Assembly (NCBI GenBank): GCA_043228905.1
Contig: JBHGNT010000017.1
Coordinates: forward strand, 10,230,001-10,294,000
Reading direction: 5' to 3'
Origin: Azolla caroliniana
Lineage: Eukaryota; Plantae; Polypodiophyta
DNA: 64,000 nucleotides
Shown here one piece after another: positions 1 through 12,998 of this stretch. The notes below the pieces were generated by a model, which worked only from the letters and a program-made list of their open reading frames with translations, was not told where the DNA came from and made no database searches. How positions within the stretch are numbered: position 1 is the stretch's first letter; each line of letters begins with the position of its first letter. The translations under genes were made by a program, and so were the position numbers.

Positions 1-185
1 GTGATGGAGAGAGTCAGGAGTATGTTGGCACATGCCAAGCTGTCCAAGACGTTTCGGGTTGAGGCACTAATGACATTTACATATGTGATAAATAGATCAC
101 CCTCAGTGCCCTTGGACGGAGACACACCACAGAGAGTATGGACTGGTAAGGACGTGTTTTACTGGCACTTGAAGGCGTTCGAGTG
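1..185 (+). mobile_element. Copia (family B-like) integrase fragment; host element that resumes at 3750
   Basis: ORF 1..207 MERVRSMLAHAKL..VINRSPSVPLDGDTPQRVWTGK closely matches the integrase in ORF 9414..11108. Confidence 0.9.
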
Positions 186-3100
186 CAACACAAGGATTAA
201 GGTTTAGGTCAAAAACAGAGAGGGAGAGAGTCTGAGTGAGAGACAAACGGGTGGGGAGAGAGATGCATGTTGTCTTGGGTACAAAGAGTGAACTTTTTTT
301 TTGTTTTTAGATATTATGTTTATACAAGTCAAAAGTGTGCTACGAGTGCGTTCACACTCGTGCAATAATAAAAGGCACGATGGCCCTTTATTCCCAACAA
401 CTCCCACCTAAAGGCAATGTGCCGTGAGATGAAAAAAGAAAGAAAGTCAGCTAAGCCCAAGTATGTACAAAGCTGAACAACATATATCTATCCAACTCCC
501 ATCATCTGTCAGCAATGAGCAAATCACTTAGCTGGAAGACCCTTCGTGAGAAGATCTGTAGGATTATTATTTGTATGTACTTTGACAAGCTCAATGTTCT
601 TGTTGTCAAGTACATATCTGATGAAATGATACTTTACCTCTACGTGCTTCATCTTTGCATGAAAGACGAGATTCCGCTCTAGCATGATAGCACTATGGTT
701 GTCACAATGAAGAATAGGTAACTCTATAATGCCAAGATCTCTCACTAGATATGAAAGCCATAAAGCCTCTTTGCATGCCTCAGTGGCACCAACATACTGA
801 GCCTCTGTAGTAGACAATGCAACACACTTTTGTAGTCTGGAGATCCAAAAGACTGCTCCTCTTGTGAAAGTAAATACATACCTAGAAGTAGACTTCATGC
901 AGTCTACGTGACCAGTATAATTTGCATCCATAAAACCAACGACAGATGCCTTTTGCTTTCCAAAGAAAATGCCCAAGTCCTTTGTGCCTTTGAGGTATCT
1001 CATATGACCTTTCACCTCTTCCCAATGCTTTTTGCCAGGATTTGCCATGTACCTACTAAGCACTCCCACTGCAAAGGCAATATAAGGGCGTGTAGCAACC
1101 ATCGCATATATCAAACTACCAACGACTGAAGCATATCGAAACTTAGCCATTTCAGCCTTCACATCATCAGATGTAGGGTTGTCTTCTGCACTGAACTTCA
1201 AATATGGAGGCAATGGAACCCCAATTGTTCCCCCCCCCTTCCATATCGAAATGTTGCAAAACCTTAGAGATATACTCCTGCTGAGATAGAAAGAGTACCC
1301 CTTTTGACCGGTTTCGGAGTATTCGCATGCCAAGGATGTGATTTGCATCACCAAGATCCTTCATATCAAAGCTGCCATGAAGGCGTTGGTTCAATGAATC
1401 CAAGGCATGAATATCCTTGCCAACAATCAACATATCATCAACATATAAAAGCAAGATAATCAGGTTGCCATTTCTTGCCTTCTTAGTGTACAAGCAATGG
1501 TTCTCTTGACTTCTACGAAAACCTTGACACTGCATAAATGCATCAAATTTATGATACCATTCTCTTTGTGCTTGTTTCAACCCGTAAAATCTCCTTTTGA
1601 GCTTACAAACCATCTTCTCTTTGCCTTTAGCCACAAAAACTTCAGGCTGCTGTATATATATGTCTTCATGCAGATCGCCATGTAAAAAGGTGGTCTCCAC
1701 ATCCATCTATATGAGCTCCATATCTTCAGCTGCAATTAAGCCCATATCTTGACTACAGGTGAGAAGATCTCATCAAAATCAACTCCATATTCTTGCTTGT
1801 ATCCTTTTGCAACCAATCTTGCTTTGTTTTTTGGCGAGGAATCAGAAATGACCTTCATTTTATAAACCCATTTGCATTGAAGTGTTTTTTACCCTTTAGG
1901 CAATTGCACCAAATTCCAATTGTCATTTTTCTCAAGAGATTCCATCTCTGACAACATGGCTTTATACCATTTCTTATTGTCTTGTCTGTTCATTGCTTCC
2001 TTGAAGCAAATCGGTTTGCCACAATCAGTTACCATGACATAATCAGCCACATTGTTTGCATCAAGAACAAATCTGTGAGGCTATCTAGTAACTGTAGATG
2101 ATCTCCTAACCTAATGCTCATTGTTTGGTAGCTGTTGAGCCTGCAATTCATCATTTTTAACTTGTTGTCTAGGCCTACATTTTAGCCTGTAAATAAGCAT
2201 TAACAGCTTGTTGTTCTAGCCATTCCTGCAGATTTGGTGGTTCATCATTATTGGCAAAGGCTGGCTGATCATTTCCAGCCTCATTTTCTGCATTTGTAGG
2301 TAAGTTTACAGCAGGTGTTTGTTGTTGTACAATGGGCACATTTTTCTATCTAAAAGGTATTTCTTCTTGGAATACAACCCTTTGTACTTCCTTGGTCTTT
2401 TCAGGTTGTTTATGCATGCGATTTTCCTGGAAGTTAACATCATTGCTACATACTATTTTTCTTTTCTCAGGATCCCACAATCTTTACCCCATTTCACCCT
2501 CGTCATGGTATCCTAGGAAAATACATTTGCAGAACTTTGGCTCAAGTTTGTTGCATTCTTCTTTACAAATGTGCACAAAAGCCTCATGGCCAAACACTCT
2601 CAAGTGAGCATATGAAGGTGGCTTTCCCAACCACACTTCTTGGGGTATTCCCCTCCCAAAGACCTGTTAGATGACCGATTAAGCAAGTGAACTTTTGTCA
2701 TAACAGCCTCTGCCCAAAAACCATGGGGTAGCATAGCATGAGACAACTTAGTATGGACCTTATCTTGAATAGTCCGATTCATATGCTCTACAACTCCATT
2801 TTTGGGGTGGATTATACGGGGCAGTGAGTTTCCTCTTTATCCCTTTGCTGTCACAAAATGCTTGAAAGTCCTTGGACACATATTCCCCACCATTGTCAAA
2901 GCAAAGACACTTAAGTGTCTTATCAATTTGATTCTCAACTAATGGCAAAAATGTTCGATACTTGTCGAGCACTACATCCTTGCTACGAATAGGGTAAACC
3001 TATACCTTCCGTGTAGCATCATCGACAAAAGTGACTAAGTATTTCTTTCCCCCTAATGATAGCACTTTTTATGAGTTAGGACATACATCTGAATGTACTA

Positions 3101-3749
3101 ACTCAAGCGGGGACGACTCTAGCAAAAGAGACTTTTTATGAGATGTTTGTACATGTTTACCATAAATGCAATGATCACAATGTTCAAAATTAGCATAACG
3201 AAGACATGGCAAGTAACCCAAACGACACAATACTTTCATACCAGTTTCACTCATGTGTCCCAACCGGCCATGCTACAAAGAAACACTAGGCTGCTCAGTT
3301 ATGGCAACAACATGGTCACTCACACTAGATACATGAAGAGGATACTCACTTTTACTACCCTTGGCAATAACTCTTTGTGCATAAGGTGGCTATTATCACT
3401 GTTGCTAGTCATGATTTCTTAGCCCAAACGGAGGACCAAACCTGCTCTATAGAAAACCGTAAACTCTGCTCTATAGAAAACCCTAAAATCGACCCTGCCT
3501 AAAACCCTAAACTTTGCTTTGATACTAGTTTGAAGGTAGCACGAGGATTACGGTTTAGGTCAGAAACAAAGAGGGAGAGAGTCTAAGTGAGAGACAAAGG
3601 GAGAGAGAGAGATGCACGTTGTCTTGGGTACAAAGAGTGTACCTCTTTTTTGGTTTTTAGATATTATGTATATACAAGTCAAAAGTGTGTTATGAGTGCG
3701 TTCACACTCATGCACTAATAAAAGGAATTATGGCCCTTTATTCCCAACA
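186..3749 (-). mobile_element. Degenerate Ty1/copia LTR retrotransposon lacking most of gag and protease
   Basis: Similar LTRs at ~186-399 and 3531-3749; degenerate tRNA-iMet PBS at 3516-3527; PPT at 401-410; RNase H (524..1354), RT YVDD (1167..1706), integrase (2600-2972) and GAG-pre-integrase (3069..3263) fragments. Confidence 0.85.
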
Positions 3750-5184
3750 TCGCCCACGTACATGTAGTAGCAAAGGACAAGAGAGAGAGAGAGATTGGAC
3801 CCAAAGTCCCGACCATGCATATTCCTTGGATATGGCGATGATAGGTTCGACTACCGGGTGTGGGACTTGGTTGACAAGAAGTTCTTCCGGAGTTGAGATA
3901 TAGTCTTCATGGAAGACAAGACCATTGCCGATTGGGAATCAGAGAAGAAGATAGTGGACACTGGGTCGACCAACAAAGATCGGTTGGAAGATCCAAGGCC
4001 ACATCCAGTCGGAAGCCGGATGTTAACCAAAGACCATGATAAACCGGCCAGATTCAGACAAAGAACCAAATTGACCGAAGAAGAATCGGACAGTGGAACC
4101 GGTCAAGACCCCAAATCAGATTCAGACGAAGAACAGACGGAGGAACCGGTTGTCAAAAACCAAGGACGGAGATATCCTCTCAAAGAGAGAAGAAGGACCC
4201 CCCAGAGATTTCTGGATGAAGAGCGAGTACTACTAACCGACAAGGGGGAGCCGGAAAGCTTCGAAGAAGCAAAGAAAGACACCCACAATCGCAAGTGGTT
4301 AAATGCCATGTAGGATGCGATGGATTCCCTGCATGAGAACCACACATTTGAACTAACACAGCTACCGATGGGAAAGATAGTGAGTGCTATGGAACAAGTG
4401 GGTGTACAAGCTCAAACTGCGAGACGCTGGAAATCCACCGAGATACAAATCTCGAATTGTGGTGAAGGGGTTTCAACAGAAGAAAGGAGAGTGGATTTCA
4501 ATGAGATCCCTGCCATGGTAGTCAAGATGACATCCATCTGGAAAATGTTGAGCATAGCGGTGAGCATGGACATCGAGGTTGAACAACTCGATGTTAAGAC
4601 AACGTTCCTTCACGGGGACCTCGAGGAGGAGATTTACATGCAGAAACCGGAGGGATTTTCAAGTAAAGGAAGGAGAACTTGATGTGTTGGTTGAAGAAGA
4701 GCTTATACGGATTGAAGCAAGCTCTCCGACAATGGTACCAGAAGTTCGACTCCTTTATGGCTGACTAAGAATACCACAAGACGCAGACCAACCATTACGT
4801 ATTTGTGAAGAAGTTCGATGGAGGAGACTTCTTGATATTGCCATTGTATGTGAACAACATGTTGATTGTCGAACGAGACCATATCAATATCAAAATGCTG
4901 AAGAAGGCCTTGAGCCAGTCATTCGCAATGAAACATATGGGTCTGGCGAAGCAGATATTGGGGATGCACATAGTACGGGACCGGACCAAGAAGTTGTTGT
5001 GGCAGTCACAGGAGAAGTACGTGACAAAGGTGCTCCAACGGTTCAAAATGACAGATGTGAAGCCGGTCGGGTCGATACTTCCGGCAAATTGCAAGCCGTC
5101 TAGAAAGTAAAGCCCGAAGACAAAGGTAGAGAAGTCGGAAATGATGAAGATATTGTATGCTTCTGTAGTCGAAAGCCTCACGTA
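3750..5184 (+). mobile_element. Continuation of the host copia: integrase C-terminus and RT, with stops and frameshifts
   Basis: ORFs 3909..4313, 4320..4682 (QLDVKTTFLHGDLEEEIYM) and 4805..5110 are colinear with 10400-11610. Confidence 0.9.
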
Positions 5185-5551
5185 TGTTACGAAGGTGCTA
5201 CGACTCTTCTTAGTGCATAACGGAAACGTGATGTGCAAGATCGTTTAGGTTTTAAGAGAGAATGGAAAGAGCGGGAAGGAAACTCAACTCTATAGCATCC
5301 CAAAAACGTTATGTTTCATTATACAGAGAGAAAACCTCTCTCGTCTATCTTCTTCATCTCTACCCTATTTTTTTCTACACACTTTTTTACCTAAGTATGT
5401 AAGTGACTTACATATTCAGCTAATTAGATGTGAGTAGCTAAATAGTTATTTTACCTATATGTTTAATAGTAGCTAATTTCCTAATAGCTACTATAGAAGA
5501 TCTCAGTTACCAATAAGCATCACATGCTTTTGTTGAGCTTGTTTCTTAACA
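5185..5551 (-). repeat. LTR-like segment (3' LTR of copia A, possibly composite)
   Basis: Begins TGTTAC where the host RT breaks off; ends GAGCTTGTTTCTTAACA followed by reverse PPT CTCCCTCTCAAG; left boundary uncertain. Confidence 0.5.
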
Positions 5552-8500
5552 CTCCCTCTCAAGCTCAACATATCCATTCTTGAGATCATCTTCAATCTTC
5601 TTTCCTTCATGCTTTCTAGATATCATACCAATGCTTATAACTCCCATCATGTCCTTGAACTGTGTATGTTTTTCTATGCTCAGTCCCTTGGTAAAAATCT
5701 GAGCAACTTGCTGATTTGTACTTACATACAATAGATCTACTTCTCCACCAATCATTTTTTCTCTAACAAAGTAATAATGCACTTTAATGTGCTTTGTTCT
5801 TGCATGGAACACTGGGTTTTTTGCGAGTTGAATGTTGCTCATATTGTCAAACCAAATTGTGATTGCACCATCTATATACTCTCCCAAATCAGCAAGCAAT
5901 CTTTTGATCCATACTTCTTCACAAGTAGCTATTGTAGCACCTCTATATTCAACTTCAGTACTTAATAATGCAACAGTAGCTTGTTTCTTGCTACTCCATG
6001 AAATAGCTGCACTTCCCAATATAAACATATATCCATTTGTGGATCTTCTATCAGTTGGCTTCCAGCCCAATCAACATTTTTATACCCTTCTAACTTTATG
6101 TCCAAATCAACCTTGTAAAACAATCCATAGTTTTGAGTAGCTTTTACATACCTCAAAATTCTTCTAATGCAATCCAAATGTGGCTTTGTTTTCTGTTGCA
6201 TAAATTGGCTGACTAATTGAACTGCATAACTCAAATAAGGTCTTGTTATAGTCAAGTATATGAGACTGGCCACCACAGACCTGTACATGTTCACATCTGC
6301 TTATCTTGCTCCCAAATCAAATCTCAATTTGCAGTTCTTATTCAGTGGTACATCAATAGGTTTGCATCCAAGCATGCGATACTTCTTCAACACAATTGTA
6401 ACATATTGTTTTTGCAACGTATATATATTCCACTTTTAGATCTGATTATCTCAATACGAAGAAAGTATTTCAGCTCTCCCAAGTCCTTCATATGAAATTG
6501 CATTTCCATATTTTTCTTCAACTTGCGTATTTCATACATAGAATCACCTCTAATGATTAAATCATCTACATAAATCAAAATAACAACAATCCAGTCATTT
6601 ATCCTTTTTACATACAATGATGGATTAGCCGTTGACATTTTGGAAGAATTTTTTTTCAAAGATTCTATTGAGAGATCAAGCTCAACTTAGTTTAGTTAGT
6701 TAGTCAACCATGTAACTTCGTAGTTACCTAGATAGAATCTACTTAGAAGTGTTGACTATAACGCCTTAAATAGGATCTAGTACTTAAGTGGGATATTCTA
6801 GATCCTCCACTCCCAAGTACATTTAATATAGGACTTACACTTTTGTACCTATATTCTACTCACACATGTGCACCTTTGCACATGAGATGTATATATACCT
6901 CATTGTGGGTATTTTTGTATTTGATGATGATAATGCTAATTTAATATAGTTACTCATCCCCCATCTTGTGTTGTTCATAAGTGTTTCTCTCTCTCTCTCA
7001 CACACACACACATACACACACATACACACACATATCACATAATCTTCTGCTTAACTTAATCACATAATTAAGCACTAATTAATCCTTACTTCTTACCTAA
7101 TTATTAACAAATTCTAAAAGTTCTTTGTGCCATGCTCTCGATACTTGTTTTAGTCCATAGAGAGACTTTTTCAGCTTACAAACATATTTTGGATGCTTCT
7201 TATTTTCAAATCCTGGTGGTTGACACATGTACACTTCCTCTTCTAAGTTCCCATGTAGAAAAACATTTCCTACATCCATATGTTGCAAAAACCATCTTTT
7301 GGCTTCACTTACATCAATTTTTGCAACCAGTGCAAATGTCTCATCATCCTTGCATTTGGACATATCCCTTTGCAACAAGTCTTGACTGATGTTTACTTAC
7401 ATTCCCATTTGAATCATGCTTTGTTTTGTAGACCCATTTGCAACCTACCACATTTTTTCCTTTTGGCAATTTTACCAAATCCCATGTTTTATTTTCAGCC
7501 AATGCATCCATTTCTTCTTGCATTGCATTCACCCATTTCTTATCAGCTTTTGCTTCATCAAAACTATTTGGATCAGGGATTTGTACCACTTTAGACATAT
7601 ATATTCATAATGCATAGGCATGTATGTATCATAACTATATATTTCAACACTTTTTTTCTCTTTATCTGATTTTCTCAGTTTTTGATTTGCATCTTTCATT
7701 GTTCTTTCAACACCAAGGATTTCTAAGGCTTGTGTACCTAGCTCAGTATCCAATGATACATCTAAATCTACATCTTCCATGTTTCTAGATCCTTCATCAA
7801 ACATTTCATATTCTAGAATCTTATGTTTTCCTTTTTTATCATCATATTTTTTATGTCTTGCATTCTTTCCACTCCAAGCATTTGAATCAAATTTACTACC
7901 AGAGTTTTCAGATGGTCTAGTACATTCTATTGATGTTGAACTTTTCTGTCCAACCTTATTTCTATTTCCATGGCAATCTCTTCCATTTTCAGATTTATCT
8001 TTGTCTTCATGTTCATTTCATTGTCTTCATTAGTTTCTACATATTATTTTGGGTTGTACCAACTGCCCAACCCATCAAATATTACATCACGGCTTACTAC
8101 AATCTTTTTTGTCAAAGGTTTATAACATCTATAGCCTTTTTGCTCCTCTAAATATCCCACAAAAACGCATTTTTAAGCTTTTGGATCAAGCTTACTTTTT
8201 ACTTTAGTAGGTACATGAACATAAGCAAGGCATCCAACCACTTTTAAGTGTCCTAAACTAGGTTTCTTACCATAGAAACATTCTTTAGGAGTTACTACAC
8301 ATACTCTAGATGTTATGCATCTATTTTAGTATATAGTTTGCTATATTTAAAGCCTTAGCCCAGTATAATGACATATTTTTTTCTGTCATCAAAGCTCTTG
8401 GTATGTTTACCAAATTTCTGTTTTCCTCTTAGCCACCCCATTTTGCCGTGGAGTATATCTACATGTAATTGTCTCCTTATTCCTTGGTTGCATAGAAAAT

Positions 8501-9273
8501 CAGAAAATTCATTGGAGAAGTATTCACCTCCTCCATCAGACTGTAAACATTTTATTATAGTCCCAGCTTGCTTTTCTACCATGCATTTGAACTTACAAAA
8601 GAAATCAAATACTTCACTCTTCTCTTTCATGAAATAAACCCATGTTTGCTTTGAGCAATCATCAATGAATGTTACATAAAACCTATAGCCACCAATTGAG
8701 ACATTTTTTGTTGTATGTACCAAAACCAACAAGGTTTTCCTTATATGTCTTTCATGAGGGAAAGGCAACCTATTTTGCTTTCCATATTGACATGCTTGAC
8801 ATATTTTGCTCATCTCACAATCTTTCAACTTCGGCAATCCAACCACTGCATTTTTTGTCAACATATTTTGCAAAGTTTGCATACTTATGTGTCCCATTCA
8901 TTTATGCCACATTTCTACATCTGAGATTACATTCATTCCTCCTGCAAACATGGATGTAATATTTTTCTAAGCATATCAACATCTAAAATAAACATTCTTC
9001 CTTGGCATTTCCCTTTTGCAATCAACTTTCCTTGTTTCTCTATAAAGCACCCACTTTGCTTAAACTTTACTTGCATTCTTTGCTCTACTATATGTCCAAC
9101 AAAAATAAGATTTTTTGCAAGGTTTGGAACATGTATAACATTCAGCATATACTTTGTTTTCCCCTTTTCTTCCCACAATGGAATATCTCCAACGTGCTTG
9201 ATTGTATGAGTAGTATTATCACCTGTCTGTACATTACCAAGAATCTCTGGTTCTCTTAGACTTTCAAACCAGT
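5552..9273 (-). mobile_element. AT-rich degenerate copia A (protease-integrase-RT-RNase H), truncated upstream
   Basis: ORFs 5546..6070 (RNase H), 6387..6659 (YVDD), 7097..7598 (RT), 8355..8897 (integrase, SDGGGEY), 8933..9178 (protease region). Confidence 0.9.
6666..7109 (+). repeat. Solo LTR inserted in the RT of copia A
   Basis: T(A)TTGAGAG...TTAACA termini; near-TSD GATTC (6661-6665) / AATTC (7110-7114); host RT reads KELLE|SLKK across it. Confidence 0.75.
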
Positions 9274-9413
9274 TTGCTCATCACCGAGGAGAGTGAGCTA
9301 AACTTGTCGGCGACGAGATGACCTGGGTGGTCGACTCCAGAGGCTCATTCCACCTTACCTCGGAGTGGAAATGCTTCTCATCCTACTCAGTCGGTGATCA
9401 CGGCTGTGTCTGA

Positions 9414-11108
9414 ATGGGGAATGAAGGTACGTGCGAAATTGTCGGCATAGGAGACGTGTGGTTGACAACACTAACCGGATGTAAGCTGCTGCTGAAGGAT
9501 GTCCGACACGTTCTGGAGGTTCGTCTGAACCTTATATCAGCCGGTCGACTAGATGATGAAGGCTACACGGGTAGCATTCAGAACGGTGTTATGAATTTCA
9601 GCAAAGGGAGCCTGATTGTGGCTCGGGCCCGGAAGGTAAACACGTTGTACCTGATGAATGCCTGGATATGCCGGGAAGAAGTGAATGTGGCATCCGACAC
9701 TGCCGGTGAGCTGTGGCACAAGAGACTGTGTCACATGAGCGAGAAGGGGATGAAGAGGCTTGCAGAAGACAACCTCATTCCATTGAAGAACGTGCACTTC
9801 GAGAAGTGCACTGATTGTCTGGACGGTAAACAAAACCGGACCTCCTTCCGGTCGAGGCCACCGATGAGACGTAATGCACCACTGGAGTTGGTGCATACTG
9901 ATGTATGTCAAGTGGACACGAAGTCACATTCCGGATCGCAGTACTTCGTGACGTTCATAGATGATCACAGCCGGAAGCTATGGGCCACACCGTTGAAGAC
10001 GAAGGATCAGGTGTTATCCGTCTTCAAAGAGCTCCACGCGAGAGTGGAAAAAGAAATCGACCGGAAGCTGAAGGCGGTTCGAGCAGGTAACGGAGGTGAA
10101 TACCGGGGGCAGTTCGAGGAGTACTGTCGCTCGAAGGGAATTCGGCTCGAATTTACCATGCCGAAGACGCCGGAACTAAACGGGTTGGCCGAGAGGATGA
10201 ACCAGACCATAATGGAGAGGGTTCGGAGTATGCTGGCGCATGCAAAACTACCCAAGAAGTTTTGGGCCGAGGCATTATCGACGGCGACACATGTGATAAA
10301 CAGATCACCCTCAGTACCCTTGGATGGAGACATGCCACAGAGAGTCTGGACCGGTAAGGAAGTGTCCTACCGGCACCTAAAGGTATTCGGGTGTCTTGCG
10401 TATGTGCATGTAGCTAAGGATCGGAGAGGAAAACTAGATCCGAAGACCCGGCCATGCATATTCCTCGGTTATGGTGACGATGAGTTCGGCTACCGAGTGT
10501 GGGACCTGGTCGACAAGAAGGTATTCCGAAGTCGAGATATTATCTTCATGGAGGACAAGACGCTCGCCGATTGGGAGTTGGAGAAGAAGATAATGAACTC
10601 TGAGTCGACCGGTAAGGATCGTTTCTACGGTGAGCAATCCCAACCGGCAAGAGACCGGTTAGCACTCGAGGAACCAGCCGGTTACGGTGAGGATATCGAA
10701 CCGGCAGAAGAAGAAGTAGAGGAAGCTGAAACCGGAACCGGCCAAGACCCTGAATCGGATTCGGATGAAGAGCAAATGGAGGAGCCGGTTACCGAAGCCC
10801 AAAGACGGAGATATCCTCTCAGAGAGAGAAGGGCCCCCCGGAGATTTCCCGATGCAGAGCATGTGCTGCTAACCGATGAGGGGGAGCCAGAAAGCTTCGA
10901 AGAAGCGAAGGATGACACCCACAGCCGAAAATGGTTAAGTGCCATGCAGGATGAGATGGATTCCCTGCATGAGAACCATACATACAAATTGGTGGAGTTG
11001 CCGAAAGGAAAGCGGGCACTCCGAAACAAGTGGTTGTACAAGTTGAAACCGGGAGATGCCGGCAACCCCCCGAGATACAAAGCCAAGATCGTGGTGAAGG
11101 GGTTCTAG
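9414..11108 (+). pseudogene. Copia pol segment (late protease, GAG-pre-integrase, rve integrase, RT start) ending in a premature stop
   Basis: LWHKRLCHMS, HTDVC, FVTFIDDHSR, NGLAERMN and KLDPK motifs; TAG at 11106-11108. Confidence 0.9.
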
Positions 11109-12286
11109 GAGAAGAAGGGCGTGGACTTCGACGAGATATTTGCCCCGGTAGTAAAGATGACCTCAATCCGGATGGTGTTGAGTATAGCGGCAAGCATGGA
11201 CCTCGAGGTAGAGCAGCTAGACGTGAAGACGGCATTCCTTCACGGTGACCTCGAAGAGGAGATCTACATGCAGCAACCGGAAGGATTCGTGGAGAAAGGG
11301 AAGGAGCAACTGGTTTGCCGGTTGAAGAAGAGCCTGTACGGACTAAAGCAGGCTCCCCGACAATGGTACCGGAAGTTCAACTCCTTCATGACCGATCAAG
11401 GGTACCAGAAGACGCAGGCCGATCACTGCGTGTTTGTGAAGAAGTTCGAAGGAGGCGACTTACTGATACTCCTTCTATACGTAGACGACATGTTGATCGA
11501 CACTTCCGGCAAACTGCAGGTTATCCGGTAAGCAAAGCTCGAAGACGAAAGCAAAGAAGGCGAATATGATGAAGGTTCCATATGCCTCTGCCGTCGGGAG
11601 CTTAATGTACGGAATGGTGTGTATCTGACCGGATATAGGATACGTGGTCGGAGTGGTGAGCCGGTTTATGAGCAATCCCGGCAAGGAGCACTGGAACGCA
11701 GTCAAATGGATACTTCGGTACTTAAAGGGCACTTCGAACATGTGTCTCCGATTCGGCCCCAGTAAACCTCAACTTGACGGTTTTACCGATTCGGGCATGT
11801 CGGCTAACGTGGATACCAGCCGGTCAACATCCGGGTATGTAATGACATATGCAGGGGGAGCTGTTTCATGGCAGTCGAGGCTGCAGAAGACGATTGCGTT
11901 GTCAACCAGTGAGGCGGAGTACATGGCAGCTATGGAAGCCGGCAAGGAAATGTTATGGATGAAGGACTTCATCGGAGAGCTCGATATTCGGCAAGATGAA
12001 TACCGACTCAATTGCGATAGTGAAAGTGCCATCCACCTTGCTAAGAATGCGGGCTACCATTCCCGGACGAAGCATATCCAGCGTAGGTATCACTGGATCC
12101 GGGAAAGAGTAGATGACCAGGAGTTCGCGCTGACGAAGATCCACACGGCCGAGAACGGGTGAGATATGCTAACCAAAGTACTGACACCTGACAAGCTGGA
12201 TGCATGTCGGAAGCAGGTTGGACTACTAAGACATCCCATGCCGGAGTGAAGGGGGAGTTTGTTAGGAAACAGGTCCCTCCGGATGG

Positions 12287-12470
12287 GAAGACCCGGTGAG
12301 AACCGGATGAGGAGTACCCGGAAACAGAAGACCCGGTGAGAACCGGATGTGGAGTACCCGGCAAGGGAAGACCCGGTGAGAATCGGATGTGGAGTACCCG
12401 GCAACAGAAGACCCGGTGAAAACCGGATGAGGAGTACCCGGCCAGAGCCGGATGGCGAAGACCCGGTGAG
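12287..12470 (+). repeat. 40-bp CCGG-rich tandem array in the B1 LTR
   Basis: About 4 copies of GAAGACCCGGTGAGAACCGGATG(A/T)GGAGTACCCGGCAAC(A/G). Confidence 0.9.
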
Positions 12471-12998
12471 AAGTGCTCACTGGAAGAAGGGACATATTCG
12501 TAAATATGTTTTCTGAGAGTCAATCGGGGCTATATTTGTATATAGCCGAAAAGTCATATTAGTATAAATATGACTTAGGGCAAACCTTATGATGTTCTTG
12601 TCATTCTTGTTAGCGCAAGATTACAGCGCAACAGTGTACAAGGAGAGAGAGAGAGAGAGAGAAAGAGATGAAGAGTTCGTCTGTTGTAACCGCTGCTTGT
12701 GGCGAAGATAGCAAGCTCGAGGTCATTGCCTCGGTGCTTCACTATTGTACATTCTGATCTAGTGATTGTTTGCAGTCTGTGGACTGCCATGGTTTTTCCC
12801 TAGTTTGGGTTTTCCACGATAACATCCTATGTTCTCTTCTCTTCACTGTGTCGTGCATTCACTATCCGTTTTCTGTGTGTTCATCCTAGGATCGGTTGTG
12901 GCAGAGCGTTGTTCATTCGGAGCTTGTGTTCCTGTCACGTCCCATGATTGTCTCGAACTACTTGTAGGTGTCCAAAATGGTAGATATTTTGATCTTCC

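Larger units (their letters stand above)
9274..12937 (+). mobile_element. Copia B1, 5'-truncated: pol, PPT and 3' LTR (12260-12937)
   Basis: ORFs 9414..11108, 11121..11531 (YVDD), 11644..12162 (RNase H); PPT GAAGGGGGAG; LTR TGTTAGG...CCTGTCA. Confidence 0.93.
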
